Source: the human T2T-CHM13v2.0 reference genome, Homo sapiens. From it: 64,000 nucleotides of DNA. The notes under the pieces are model-generated. The model did not search any database and was not told the origin of the DNA. It saw only the letters and a program-made list of their open reading frames with translations. Below are positions 20,412 through 34,847 of the stretch, one piece after another (position 1 is the stretch's first letter; every line of letters starts with the position of its first letter). Where the stretch lies: the NCBI RefSeq assembly GCF_009914755.1, contig NC_060932.1; one strand, 5' to 3'. The position numbers were made by a program, and so were the translations under genes.

Positions 20412-21559
20412 AACCAAACAAACAAGTAAGTGAATGGGTGAATTGAATAAATCCTACAAATAGAGAAAGAGTATGAGTCCTGCCTTGAAATTCTCTGTGA
20501 ACTTTTAGGAACTGTGCCATGCATAGCTTCATCAACACTAATTCTTGAACTACGAACTTTCTATTATGAGACATGGAGTGGTTTTTAGGTTGCTTTGAAG
20601 AAGCCTAGGGCTCCTGGGAAAATTTTTAAGGGGTTTCATATACAATTATTCTGAATGAAGATTTAAACTTTCCAAGGAATTCATAATTTTTTAAAATGTT
20701 TTATATATTTGTTATTCTAAATAAAATTTCAACATAAAGTATTTATAATGTTTTAAAAAATGACAATCACTACAAGATCTTTGAACACATGAAACTGCTT
20801 GAGTATCTTTTTAAGGGGTCACAGAAGGAGTTTGCAAGGAGAATAAAGGAAAGATGTTAACAAGGAGGAGCTTAACTAGTTTAACCAACACAAATGCTAA
20901 AGAGATCCCATTTATCTTAATGTTTATTGAACTTTTATTTTAAATTCAAGGGTACACAGGGCTGAAGCATGGTGGAACTGCAAGGATTTACAATGATAAT
21001 ATAGGTTACCTCCGATTAAGTGTATTCAACAATTTGATCATGATGCATCTCAGTTTTCTATGAACACCTCTAAGCATGGCAACACAGAATGCTGACAATA
21101 CCTTCTTAACAATTGCAAATTGAAGAAGATTATGAAGGAAAATAGTACTTCAAGAACCCCAAATGCTCCATTTATCTCCCAAAATATCCAGGTCATTGAG
21201 TTAAACTGCATGTTTTTATATCTTGCAATCATTTGTTTGATAATTGCCATGGTCCTTAATATTCTAAAAAATTATTCATCCCTAACCCAATTTCCTGAGC
21301 CTTTGACTATAAAAGGTCCTGACACATAATTAGGCACAGGACAACTGGTATACCAGAACCAAAACATTGAATTTACTTAATGGCAAATACTGATTCCAAA
21401 ATCAGGAAGTTTTCCTGAGAAACTGAAAGCTAAAATCAGGAGATTGCATAATTTTGATGACTCTGTAAGCTTGTTAATACTCTGTTTTTTTATGTTATGA
21501 AAAAAATTAAAAATATGAATTTTCGTTACATGGGGAGGAAGGGGAAAGAAATCTCCCCT

Positions 21560-22648
21560 TTCTTTGTTTTTTAACTTTTAATTTCAGGGATACATGTGCA
21601 GTTTTGTTACATAGGTAAACTTGTGTCATGGGGGTTTGTTGTACAGATTATTTCATCACCCACGTATTAAGTCTAATACCCATTAGTTATTTTTCCTGAT
21701 CCTCCTTCTCCTCCGACACTCTACCCTCAAGTAGGCCTCAGTGTGTGTATCCATGTGTTCTCATCATTTAGCTCCCACTTTTAAGTGGGAACATGAGGTA
21801 TTTGATTTTCTGTGCGTGTGTTAATTTGCTAAGGATAATGGCCTCCAGCTTCATCCATGTCCCTGCAAAGGACATGATCTTCTTCTTTTTTTATGGCTGC
21901 ATACTATTCTATGGTGTAAATATACCACATTTTCTTTACACAGTCTATCATTCATGAGCATTTAGGTTGATACCATGTCTTTGCTATTTTGAATAGTGCC
22001 GTAATGAATGTACACAAGCATGTGTCTTTACAATAGAATGATTTATATTCCTTTGGGTATATACCCAGTAGTGGGATTGCTGGGTCAAATGGTATTTCTA
22101 TCTTTAGGTCTTTGAGGAATCACCATATGGTCTTTCACAATGGCTGAACTAATTTACACTCCCAGGAACAGTGTATAAGTGTTGCTTTTTCTCCTCAATC
22201 TGGCCAGCATCTGTTATTTTGTAACTTTTTATAATAGGCAGTCTGACTGGTGTGAGATGGTATCTCATTGTGGTTTTGATTTGCATTTCTCTAATGATCA
22301 GTAATGTTGAGCTTTTTTTCATATGACTGTTGGTTGCCTGCATGTCTTCTTTTGAGAAGTGTCTGTTCATGTCCTTTGCCCACTTTTTAATGGTGATTTT
22401 TTTCTTGTAAATTCGTTTAAATTCCTTATAGATGCTGAATATTAGACCTTTGTCACATGCATAATTTGAAAAAATTTTCTCCCATTCTGTAGGCTATCTG
22501 TTCACTCATTTGATATTTCCTGTACTGTGCAGAAGTTCTTTAGCTTGATTAGATCCCATTTGTCAATTTTTGCTTTTGTTGCAATTGCTTTTGGTGTCTT
22601 TGTCATAAAATCTTTGACAATTCCTATGTCCAGAATGGTATTGCCTGG
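21560..22648 (-). mobile_element. Older L1PA (about L1PA13-16) 3' end
   Basis: 3'UTR GTTACATAGGTAAACTTGTGTCATGGGGG...CAGATTATTTCATCACC. ORF2 peptide [19 protein letters not shown]. Confidence 0.92.
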
Positions 22649-22856
22649 GTAGAAGACCCTATTTTTATGCAAGACTGGAAGGCCTGAAGACTTTAGATTG
22701 GCAAAAAAAAAAAAAAAAATCATTTCATTTTATCTTCCAAATTCATGGATTTTGAGTGCTATATACTGATATTCTGAAGCCTGAAGTAGTAACTAAAGAT
22801 TACTGGGCTAGGTTTGAGTATGATGTGTCCAATCAAACTAGAATAACTATTTCTGA

Positions 22857-22928
22857 AGAGAGAGAGAGAGGGAGACAGAGACAGTCACAGAGACACAGAG
22901 AGAAAGAAAGAAAGAAAGAAAGATAAAG
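22857..22928. repeat. (GA)n/(GAAA)n compound microsatellite
   Basis: GAGAGAGAGAGAG...GAAAGAAAGAAAGAAAGAAAG. Confidence 0.85.
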
Positions 22929-23721
22929 ATACTAAAGATTTCATATTATGACTCTATTATCATAACCACATGTGAACATAAATTGCCTTTTGAATAGTGA
23001 GAGGCCTGCTGAGAATTCGGTTGAGGAGTGAGAGGCATTTTGCCCCCACATATGCCATGGTTCTGATAACATTCAGCTTTTAGTAAAGCAAGACAAATTA
23101 ACTCACATTATGAGTAAATCCTCTGTAGAATTTTTGTTTCAAAAAATGTAATCATATTTTCATTTTTATAGAAAACAATGCTAGTTAATGCCTTATGGAT
23201 TCCATGAGATTATAGACAGAATGCTGTGAAGAACATTACAATAACTTGTAATTTAAGATTTATTGAGCACAGAAAATATGTTTCACACTGCCAACTGGCA
23301 GAATTAGATGAACCTTTTGCTTAGAGAAGTTACAAAGTAAGAGCAGTGCACATTGTTAGAGAAAGGACCTAAATGTTCATAGCTTAGCACATTAATTGTC
23401 CAAGTGGAAAATGGCTCACATTATTTCTATGAGTTCTGTGTTTTAAATTAAAAAAAATCTATTATGAATGTTATGTTAATCTTAACAACAGTACATATTA
23501 GATAATTATGAAATAAGACTTAACATTAGTTAAGAATTGACAAACTGCCTCAGATGAGTAGTAGTAAGTATTCAGTAAACACTGATTGAATACATGTTTT
23601 AATTAAATAATACAATTTTGATTACTTATTTTTGCTTAGCATTCTACTTAGATAGTTAATCTACCGCACAAAATTTTAAAATTAAAAATGACCCAATTTA
23701 CGTAACTTTATAAATGTCTTA

Positions 23722-23741
23722 TTGACTGCCCCCTAGTGGTT
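23722..23741 (-). promoter_or_regulatory. Candidate CTCF site (reverse orientation)
   Basis: Minus strand reads AACCACTAGGGGGCAGTCA, a close match to the CTCF core CCASYAGRKGGCRS, in AT-rich non-repeat-looking sequence. Confidence 0.65.
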
Positions 23742-24876
23742 GTAAAACAAAAGTTAATTATCTTATTAAGAGAAAGATGACGGCCACCTTTTAACCAAAG
23801 TTTCGTTTTTATATCGAGATTATTTTGTAACCCTTCTAAGCACATTTTGCTGAAATGTACAAAAGTTTTCTGACCAATACTTCTATGTGGAGGATATGCT
23901 GCATACTCTATGAGTGTGTACAGAAAGTGAAGGTAGATAATATGTGAGCAATTAATGAAAGTGAATGACTGTTTAAATTCCATTTTAAATACAAAATTTA
24001 TTAATAAAATACTATAAACTGACAATCATATTAGACACTGAGGATCCAAGCTGTCATGAAATACAAATCAAATCAATGGCAGTAAAATAATGAGCAAACT
24101 AAGTTGCTCTGGAAAGAGGATACTTAAGCTCTCCGAGACTTATGGTCTTGAGGTTAGAGGATGTGAGAAAAAGGTAAGGTTACTCACCTCCCCCGATACT
24201 GATATAAAAATTAATAATTTTAAAAAAAGATTTACTTTATAATTATGTATACTTTCACTAATCTATATGAAGGCTTCTAGCTCCATTGTTTGTTTATTGT
24301 GTTAGAATTTTTTCCAACATTGTAAAATATTTAAAACAAAAAGAAAAATTGAAAGAACTTTATAAAGGCCTTATACCCACCACCTGGATTCTATTTGACT
24401 TACTTTATCTTATACCTATCAAAGTATTCATTTTTCTATACATTTATTCATCAGCTTTTAAAAATGCATTTCAAAGTAAATTGAAAGCAACATAAGTATT
24501 TATGTTAATAAATACTTAACATTTATGTCACTAAATAGACACTTCATTTGTTCATAGTATTTTTATGCAAAGCAAAATAGATTGAACTGCATGGGTACAT
24601 ATTTTCTGAGTTTAGCCACAACTTCACCTCCAAAAATTTTCTCTTCCCTTCCCAATAAATTCCTGCACTCATACCTAGAAAAAAATGGACGGTTCTGATT
24701 TTTTTCTAGCATAGATTAATATTGCCTGTTTTAGCTTATCATTAAAACTGAATCACAGATATAAATTTTTTGGATGTATGGCATAATTCACTAAAGGTAA
24801 TATTGTCAAGATTCATTAATGCCATTGCTCATATCAGTAGGTACTACTTTTTTTTTAATTGCTAAGTAACTTTTCT

Positions 24877-25177
24877 GGCCAGCGCGGTGGCTCAGGCCTG
24901 TAATCCCAGCACTTTGGGAGGCCAAGGCGGGCAGATCATGAGGTCAGGAGATTGAGACCATCCTGGCCAACAAGGTGAATCCCCATCTTTACTAAAATAC
25001 AAAAAATTAGCTGGGCGTGGTGGTGTGCGTCTGTAGTCCCAGCTACTGGGGAGGCTGAGGCAGGAGAATCACTTGAACCAGGAGGCGGAGATTGCAGTGA
25101 GCCGAGATCACACCACTGCACTCCAACCTGGCAACAGAGGGAGACTCTGTCTCAAAACAAAACAAAGCAAAACAAAA
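24877..25177 (+). mobile_element. AluSc-like
   Basis: Full dimer with GAGATTGAGACCATCCTGGCCAAC and a (CAAAA)n tail. Confidence 0.93.
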
Positions 25178-25214
25178 GTTTCCATTTTATGAATATACCA
25201 AAGCTAGTTGTGAT

Positions 25215-25659
25215 GTTGACAGATAAATGTCTGTGGGACTCTTGTATTTCTACACAAATAGAGCAACTGAGGCATTAACTGCTCTTTGATCCAGGCTATT
25301 TTTACAAGATGTTTGTATAGCGCACAGCCTTGGAAGATAGAGACAATGTATTTCTCCAGAGCAAAGAGCGAGCTTACTGTCAATTATAAAAGATCCAAGT
25401 TCCCTAAGCTCAGGGTTCCTATCCCATATGCAACCCACTGTCTGTGCAGATATCATCTAGTCCTGTTCACATCACCTTCTGAGAAGCCATGGGAAAATGT
25501 TGCCACTCAAGCTACTGCTATTGCTGTGAGTAAAAACACATTATTGTCCTATGACCCAGAGTCCACTGTCTCCTACCAGCATCCATGAAACCTTGGCAGA
25601 CTAATTTGTTATTTGTAAGTAAGCTAAGATCTCCGAACTTTCAAAGAAAGATTTTGACA
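25215..25659 (+). mobile_element. LTR40-like (ERVL) solo LTR
   Basis: TGTTGA...GACA ends. GATGTTTGTATAGCGCACAGCCTTGGAAGATAGAGA and TATAAAAGATCCAAGTTCCCTAAGCTCAGGGTTCCT match recalled LTR40a. Confidence 0.8.
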
Positions 25660-26174
25660 AGCGGTAGACTTTGACATTCCCACCAACAACACATGAGAGT
25701 TCCAGGTGTGCCACAAGCTGGCCAACATTCAATGTTTTCAGTTTTTAGATTTTATCTATTCTAATAAGTATCTAGTGGTATTTGACTTTGATTTCCATTT
25801 GTATTTATTCAATAAATGATGAGGATAAAGACTTGTATGTCTTTTTTTGGGCATTCATAAATGTTCATAAAGTTTCTTGCCAGTTATTCTGCCCACCTTT
25901 TATTGTTTTATTTTTATTTATGAAAAATAAAAAATGAAGTATAGGTATAGACATAGATTGTGGATATACGTTTTGTTTGATTTGTTTTCTACAAATTCTG
26001 CCTTGCCTATTCATTTTCTTAAGGGTATATTTATTTTGATCAACAAAAGGTATTAATTTTGATATTTAATGTATCTATTTTCTTTATAAACTATATTAAG
26101 AAAAAAGAAACTTTTGCCTGCCACCAGTACACAAAATAACCTCCTATTCTTGCATTTAAAAGATGCTATCTATT

Positions 26175-26955
26175 TAATTGAAACTTTTACTTTGAGATAA
26201 TTGAAAATTCACATGCCCTTGTAAGAAATAATACAGTGTGACCCCCTGTACCCTTTACCCCGTTTTCCTCAATGATAGCATCTTGCAATACTATAGTAAA
26301 ATATCACAATTGGGACATTGATAATGGCACAGTCAAGATACAGAACGTTTCCATCATCACAAGGCTTCCTTATGTTGCTCTTTTATAATTGCCCTCACCT
26401 CTCTCCCACTTCCACTCCCTCCTAAACCCCAAACAACCAGTAATCTATTTTCCATTTTTATAACTTTGCATTTTAAAGACTGTCATATAAATGAAATCAT
26501 ATAATAAGCCACCTTTTAGGATTGGCTTTTACAATTAACATAATTCTCTGGAGATTCCTGGTTGTATTGTTTGTTCTTTCTTATTGCTGAGTAGTATTCC
26601 GTGATATGGTAGGACCATATGTGTTTAACCATTCACTCTGAAAAACATCTGGGTTGTTTCCAGTTTTAGACATGACTAGCAAATCTACTAAATCTACTGC
26701 AAACATTTATATGCAGGTTTTGTGAGAACATAAGTTTTTGTTTCCCTGGGTTACATACCCTCGAGTATAATTGTTGAATCATATAGTAGTTGCATGTTGA
26801 GTTTTCTTTAAGAAACAAGCAAACTACTTTTCCAGAATGGCTGAACAATTTCGCATTCCCACCAGCAATGCATGAGTGATCCAGTTTCTCTACATCCTCA
26901 CCAGCATTTGTGTTGTTGCTATTTTTTTTAATTTTAGTCATTCTGAATGCTGTAC
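26175..26955 (-). mobile_element. L1MC/L1MD 3' end
   Basis: TTTGAGATAATTG...GTAAGAAATAATACAG...GTCAAGATACAGAAC. ORF2-like NAGEDVEKLDHSCIAGGN. Confidence 0.85.
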
Positions 26956-27017
26956 AAGTGTTCTTTCTAAAAGGTAATCTGATTTTTCACACTGCTCAAT
27001 TCTGTTGACATGTGCTG

Positions 27018-27315
27018 TTTTTAATTTTATTGTCTATACTTGGGGTATATAACATGATGTTTTGATATACATAGTGAAATAATTGCTACAGTCAAGCAAA
27101 TTAACTTATATATTACCATAGTTACCTATTTTATAGTAAAAGCCCCTAAAATCTACTCTCTTAGCAAATTTTCAGTAAACAGTATTATTAACTACAGTCC
27201 TCGTAGTCCACAAATTGCATGTTTGTACCCTTTGGCCTTTATCTCCCCATTTCCTCCCCTTCCCTGTGCCTAGTAACCAAAATTCTACTTTCTGTTTCTA
27301 TGTATTTGACTTTTC
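27018..27315 (-). mobile_element. L1MA9/10-like 3' end
   Basis: AACATGATGTTTTGATATAC...CAGTCAAGCAAATTAAC...CCTAAAATCTACTCTCTTAGCAAATTTTCAG. Confidence 0.8.
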
Positions 27316-28119
27316 AAATATACTTTCAGCCATGAGCTTGAGTATGTGTCAATTTGGTCATATTAACATGATATGTGGGAGAATTCAAAAAAAGAGAAAG
27401 TTATATGAAAAATTAAAATCCATCTTAAAACTTAAACTTCCCAAGTATACTCCATTTTTCCTCTGTAGCATTTTCAGTTTGTAATTATATATTTATTATG
27501 TGACTGTGTGAAATTAGGTCATTTATTTTCTTCCCTTTTATATTGAACTTCCCCACTAGAGAGCAAGAATCCTGCCTCCTGCCTTATGCCCTGCTGCATG
27601 GCTTGTGTCTAGTATATAAGAACACCTGATAGAAATTAATAAACAATTACTGAATGTTAATATGTTTCCTAAATATGTTCATTTCTTGAATATAAAATTA
27701 TTCCATAGATTATCTTAAGTAGTTGTTATGTAAATAATTGCTTAAAAACAGTGTCAGTGAGCATTATATAATGTTTAAACTTTGAATAGTGCATTAGCTT
27801 CTTTTTTATCACATATACAACAATTAGAAAGACCTGAGTTAACTCCTACTGGTCTTTAAGTATCAGAGAAAATTCTATTCTTATTCAAAATAGGGCTTTT
27901 GTTCCTTTAAAACATTTCTAAATTTTAAAACTTGAGAAGTCTGACCTCTAGTACAAATAAAAATGTCTCCTTTTTATAACTATATGTAATAGCTCTGATA
28001 GAAACGCACAGGACTTGTTCAATATTCTTTGCTTCAGACACATTACACATAAAGCTTCCCAAGAGAGAACTTACGTCTATTCTTAAAATTCCCCAATAGA
28101 AAAGATGGAGCTATGTTTT

Positions 28120-28594
28120 ACTCTCCCATCTTAATATATGATCCATGGTACATACTTGATTTTGTCAGTTCCCTGTTTACATTTTCTTGCCCTATTGCAG
28201 TGCAGCTCTTGCCAGCATGCATATATATTGCCTGAGAGCTATTCTTGCTGGCAGTGTCTTCTTGCCATCTATATTGCAGTCTAGAAGTGCCAGAGAATGA
28301 ATGCCTCTCCAAGTGTAGATCTCTAACAAAGACTAACAGCAGTTGATTTAGGAACATCACAGTTCTCTTTTGTCTTCATTGGGATAACTCTGAAGCATGT
28401 GCCCTATCCTGACTTCCAGAGTTCTTCCAGTGGTGTTGAGCTCTACTAACCAACCATATAACTTGCTTTAAAATGAATTCTTTGTTAGCTGCCTTCATTC
28501 CACATTCCTCTGCTGCTGTTTTTGAGAATCACACCCAAAATAAATTGCATCTTAATCTTTATCTCAGCTTGTTTTGGAGGAACCCAAACTAACA
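28120..28594 (+). mobile_element. LTR16-like (ERVL) solo LTR
   Basis: GGGATAACTCTGAAGCATGTG...CCAGAGTTC and a terminal AATAAA...TCTCAG...GGAACCCAAACTAACA. Confidence 0.7.
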
Positions 28595-29496
28595 TATAAA
28601 TTCACATTTGAAGAAATAAAATTGGAGTTATTACTTTCATTCCAAATATCCCTAATTCTGATGAATGTAATGCAGTGACTTTAATGAGGGAGTCAGTACA
28701 AATAGAAAGCAGCTGTTTCCTTCCCCCCTCCCTGCTATCCTATTAAAACCACTTTGTCAATTCATCCCTCTCTGCATGAAAGCTTATGAGGTTCCCATAT
28801 CTTTTATCTTCACCTTGAAGTTTAATAAATAGTTTCATATTCAACTGTTAAAGCCTACAATTTTTGTAGCCCCACATAGAGGCTGATCAGTCTCAGAAGT
28901 CTGCACTGGAGAAAGAAGTAGGGTTTCTTTCTTTCCTGTTTATCTACTTTACTGATCTCCTGTTCCTCCCACTCTTCCACTCTCTCTGCTGTCTCCAGCT
29001 CTTCAAGCTTGAAGCTGGGAAAGAGAACAAAGAATCAAATGGAATGTTAGACTGGAATGTTATAATCTGAAATGGTGCAGCTGATGCCACAGGGCCAGTT
29101 CTTCTGCTCCTTGGAGTACGGTGGGCTCCTCAGAAATCCAACCGCACCTCTTGCTGCAGACCTTACTCAGCACTCCTCTTGCCTGTGGTGATAATACAGT
29201 CTCTTACTGGCAGCTTAAAAGCTTTGCTCCCTCCATCCTTTGCCTTTCCTTCTGCATCCGACAGTACAGACCAGCCTCTTTCAACCAGATTCATCTTTCC
29301 TCAGCAGGAAGCCCTTTGGGGTGGGATCATTTTCCAAACAATCGAAGGCCAGATAGCTTCTAGAGTTCCAAGAGACCTCTGGAAATAGTACCCTTGGTTT
29401 GGGATGAGCAAAAATAGAATTCACTTCCATCAAAAGCCTCTTGGCTCTTCCTTCTATAAGGCCCACTACAGGCAGCCCAGCCTATTGGCATCGGAA

Positions 29497-29828
<332 letters not shown>

Positions 29829-31896
29829 TGGCATCGGACTTCTACAAGTGCAAGTCAACACAAAACCCTGTGCCCCCGACTGTAGGGAGTCCAAATTCTC
29901 TGAAGGTCTCTCCCCACCCGCTTGTTCCAGGTTAGTCTTCCTCCTGGCAGGAAGCACACCCAAGCTCTGTCAGAGGATTTTTACAACCTCCCAACTTGGC
30001 TCAAGGTATGGAGAAGAAAGGAAAAATCTACAGCTCTTCTCACAGAAACCCATCCTCATGGTCTTTCCTTTATTGCTCTTCTTTTTTCTCCTTGTATTGG
30101 CTTGAGGCACGTCATAGACAAAGGCTTATCTGTCTTTTGGGGTTACCCCTTAGCATGTTCTGCACAGCTGGCCTGTCAACTCGCTTTCAAATTAGTGGGT
30201 ATTTAACAACCTCTCTTTGATCTCTGTAGCTCCAGCTGAAATTCTGAGACAGCAGGAAGAGTTCTCCTTTGACATTCTGCAACAATTCGAATTCACATTC
30301 TAAATTTAAAAAAAAAAACTTTTATTTATTAGGTTTTACTATATTCCAAACTTTGGGCTATATCTTGACTGACCATACATTATCAAGTTAGAATTGTCTT
30401 TTTAAATACATCATCTGATAGCTTTTTATCAGTGACACAAGTTAGGAACTCAGTTTACATGTATTTTCCATGAAATTATTTTTTAAGCATTGCAACCAAC
30501 CTATAAGAATATACTGGTGAAGTATGTCTAAGGAAATGCCGGGCCATTTGCTGATATTTTAAAGAAAAGTTAGAAATGCCTTATTATAAAATGTATTGTG
30601 AGCCCTAAAATGACAAAAAGAGATATTCATGTCATATTCTGAAACTCACATTACTCACATTAGATTTATAAATTCATCACTGAATATTATTTTAAGTCTT
30701 CCACTACTTTTATGTATTTTCCATTTTTTAATTATGAATAAATATTAAAGGCATACACAATTTATTTTTAGATATAAAATTAGCTAGATCAGAATATGGC
30801 AGCTGTGTTTTAAGAAATCTTCAAAGGGCTAATATTCTCAGAGCTAATTTTGCATTAGGCAGATTAGTAACACCTGTTAATTGATTTGGCAGCTCTTTAA
30901 TAATTACTCTAATAACTGGGTAAAAACTGTGGGCTAGCTCACTGCTAGTTCACTTTGTGGTTTCTCATATCAATAATACATCTTCAAAAATGTTCACATT
31001 TTGTTTAAAGCTGAAAGATTGATCCAAGTTGTGGTTGTAAAGACACTGAATCCAGAGGTATGGTGTTTATGTGCTGATATTAAGAATAATGATTTTTATA
31101 GAAACTCATAAATAAGGACACATGCATTGTCTCTTTTTCTCTCATCTCAAGTTGTGAAGCAGAGCCCTTCTCAAATCAGAAGGCTATTTAGGACATTCAT
31201 CTTACTGAAAGTCAAAATGATTATTTGCCCGTGTGGGATATTGCTTTCTGATAAATAAACATGGGCTTCAGAGATTTGTAGAATTAGATATGTCACTTGG
31301 TAGTGTAATTTTTCCCCATTTCTCTTTAAATTTATAATTCCTTGAGATGTTAAAAAATCATCAATTAATTTTAAATAGTCATTTGCAGTAATATGGGAAT
31401 TTATGGCATTTTTCTATAGCAAAGGCTAAAATTAGCCTTTCAATTGTAGATATTAAGTAGTCCTTTAAAAATTCATATTTATATATTATTATTTTAGTCA
31501 ATAAAAATGGTTAAATGAATTTGCTTGAAAATACAATTATATGTATTCTCTGTCAATGGCTTTTCTGTGTTTACAAATAGAAAGTTGCCTTTTCTCAAAC
31601 TCAGGTGGTATACTGAACCTGAATTCTAAGAGTCACACTGTGTTCTTTCTCACTTCTATCATCAGCAGTAAGGATCTGCAGTTAGAACTTACCTGACCAT
31701 CTGGGTAGCACAAACACTTCTGATTGCTCTTAACTACATTATCAACTTTGCATGATATCAGCAACATTATTTTGTTTCTAGCAAAATCCTTACAAAAATA
31801 AGTGAAGCAGCTTACATCATTATTGTCTCACATTTAAGGTGTTCTAGCATTCTCAGGCCAATACATAATGAGCAAGAAGAGAAAATGAAAAATCAG

Positions 31897-34152
31897 TGGT
31901 ATGGTTTGGCTGCGTACCCATCCAAATTTCATCTTGAATTGTAGTTCCCATAATCCCCACATGCTGTGGGAGGGACCCAGTGAGAGGTAATTGAATCATG
32001 GGGGCAGTTAGTTACCCCCATGATGTTGTCATGATAGTTAGTGAGTTCTCACAACATCTGATGGCTTTATAAGGGGTTTTTGCCACTTTGCTCAGCACTT
32101 CTCCTTCTTGTCACATGTGAAGAAGGTGCCTTGCTTCCCCTTTGCCTTCTGCCATGATTGTAAGTTTCCTGAGGCCTCCCCAGGCCTAGGGAACTGTGAG
32201 TCAATTAAATCTCTTTCCTTTATAATATACTCATTCTCAGGTATGTCTTTATTCGGAGGGTGAGAACAGACTAATACAGTAGATTGACACTGGGTAGTAC
32301 AGTGCTGCTTTAAAGATACACAAAAATATGGAAGCAACTTTAGAACTGGGTAACAGGGAGAGACATTGGAAAAGTTTGGAGGGCTTAGAGGAAGACAGGA
32401 AAATGTGGGGACATTTGGAACTTCCTAGACTTGTTGAATGGCTTTGACCAAAATACTGATAGCGATGTGGACAATGAAGTCCAGGCTGAGGTGGTCTAAG
32501 ATGGACATGAGGAACTTCTTGGAAACTGGAGCAAAGATGACTTTTGTTATGCTTTAGCAAAGAGACTGGTGGAATTTTGCCCTGCCCTAGAGATCTGTGG
32601 AATTTTGAACTTGAGAGAGATAATTTAGGGTATCTGGCAGAAGAAATTTCTAAGTGGGAAATCATTCAAGAGGAAGCAGAACATAAAAGTTTGGAAAACT
32701 TGCAACCTGATGAGGCAATAGAAAAGAAAAGCCCAGTTTTTAGGGAGAAATTCAAGCCCACTGCAGAAACTTGCATAAGTAATGAGCAGCCAAATGTTAA
32801 TCACCAAGACAATGGAGAAAATGTCTCTGGACATGTCTGAGACCTTCGCGGAAGCCCCTCCCCTTATAGGCCTAGAGACCTAGGAGGAAAAAATTGTTTT
32901 GTTTTGTGAGCCAAGCACAAGGCCTTGCTGTTTTGTGCCCTGCATCTCAGCTGTGGCTAAAAGAGGCCAACATACAGCTCAGGCTGTTGCTTCAGAGGAT
33001 GCAAGTCCCTAACCTTGGTGGCTTACATGTGGTGTTGGGCCCGAGGGGGCACAGAGGTCAAGAACTGAGATTTGGGAACCTCTGCCTAGATTTCAGAGGA
33101 TGTATGGAAATGCCTGGATGTCCAGGCAGAAGTATGTGCTGAGGTGGAGCCCTCATGGAGCATCTCTGCTAGATCAATACAGATAGGAAAAGTGGGGTCA
33201 GAGGCCCCACACTGGGTCCCCACTGAGGCACTGTGTAATGAAGCCATGAGAAGAGGGCCACCATGCTCCAGGCCTCAGAATGGTAGATCCACCAACAGTT
33301 TGCACTGTGCACCTGTAAAAGCCACAGACTCAATGCCAGCCTGTGACACCAGCCAGGAGAGGGTGTGTACCCTGTAAAAGCACAGGGGTGGAGCTACCCA
33401 AATCCATAGGAACCTACCTCTTGCATCAGCCTCACCTAGATGTGAGACACGGAGTCAAAGGGGATCATTCTGGAACTTTAAGGTTTAATGACTACGCTAT
33501 TGGATTTTAGACTTGCATGGGGCCTGTAGCCACTTTGTTTTGGGCAATTACTCCCATTTGGAATGGGTATCTTTGCCCAATGCCTGTACCCACATTGTAT
33601 GTAGGAAGTAACTAACTTGCTTTTGATTTTACAGGCTCATAGGTGGGAGGAAGTTGCCTTGTCTCAGATGTATCTTTGGACTTGGACTTTTGGGTTAATG
33701 CTGGAATGAGTTAAGGCTTTGGGGGACTGTTAGAAGGGCATGATTTTGTTTTGAAATGTGAGGACATGAGATCTGGGAGGGGCTAAGGGAAGAATGATAT
33801 GGTTTGCCTGTGTCCCCACCCAAATCTCATGTTGAATTGTAGTTCACATAATCCTTGGGGTGGTGAGAGGTAATTGAATCATGGTGCAGTTATCCTCATG
33901 CTGTTCTTGTGATAGTGAGTTCTCACAAGGTCTGATGGTTTTATAAGGGGCTTTTCCCCCCTTTGCTCAGCACTTCTCCTTCTTGCCTCCTTGTGAAGAA
34001 GGTGCCTTGCATCCCCTTTGCTTTCTGCCATGATTGTAAGCTTCCTGAGGCCTCCCTACCCATGCTGAACTGAGTCAATTAAACCTCTTTTCTTTATATG
34101 TTACTCAGTCTCAGTTATATCTTTATTAGCAGCATGAGAACAGACTAATACA
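31897..34152 (+). mobile_element. Complete THE1D-like MaLR: 5'LTR 31897-32278, internal region 32279-33794, 3'LTR 33795-34152
   Basis: Two LTRs TG(G/A)TATGGTTTG...GACTAATACA flank a ~1.5-kb THE1 internal region. 5-bp TSD ATCAG at 31892-31896 and 34153-34157. Confidence 0.95.
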
Positions 34153-34399
34153 ATCAGTAAGTTAAAATGGAAAATCAACACGATTTCTCTTCAGGGACTA
34201 TAAAAAGAGGATCAATTTAGTCTTTGGTAGCCTGGGCCTGAGCAGCATGGTAAGAGAAGGAGGAGGAGAATGAAGAGTAGCATATGATGTTTGTTAGGCA
34301 TCTACTTCACTGTCCTTTAAAAAATTAAGTAAAAATTTAAAAAAAACCTTCAGTAAGGCTTATATTAATTTTTTAAGATTTTTGTAATTTTTAAAAAAA

Positions 34400-34525
34400 A
34401 ATTTTATGAGGCAGGGTCTCACTATGTTGCCTAGACTGGTCTCAAACTCCTGGACTCACTCAAGCAATCCTCTGTCTCAGCCTCCCAAGGTGCTGTGATT
34501 ACAGGCATTATCTACCATGCCTGGT
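34400..34525 (-). mobile_element. FLAM or Alu left monomer
   Basis: GGGTCTCACTATGTTGCCTAGACTGGTCTCAAACTCCTGG...GATTACAGGCAT. Confidence 0.85.
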
Positions 34526-34847
34526 GAAGATTTTTGTAATATAATTGATATTTTATTTGGATGTGTCAGGCATTAGTGACAGTCAAACCATGTGCAGGAT
34601 ACATATTGAATTCTAACAGAATTAAAGTTTCTGCTCTTATTTTCTGGTATACAGCTTAGAGAACTATCAGAAAGAGCCAAGCCCATTTTTGTCTTACATA
34701 TAATTAACGTTTTGTTGACATTTGTAAAGGTGCCATTCAAAGAAAGTTGCATGCCTACTTGGCTTCTTCATATCTGGGGTTCATTTTTACAGTTATTTCT
34801 CATCACACACTCACATTGGATTTTGTGCTATTTTGCTTAAGAATATA

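Larger units (their letters stand above)
24290..26170 (-). mobile_element. Degenerate L1ME-type fragments, interrupted by an Alu and LTR40
   Basis: L1M antisense hallmarks such as ACATTCCCACCAACAACACATGAGAGTTCCAG and GTATCTAGTGGTATTTG. Boundaries are approximate. Confidence 0.6.

Noticed and set aside
32092-33377. Several ORFs up to 138 aa
   Set aside because: They are fragments of THE1 LTR and internal sequence.
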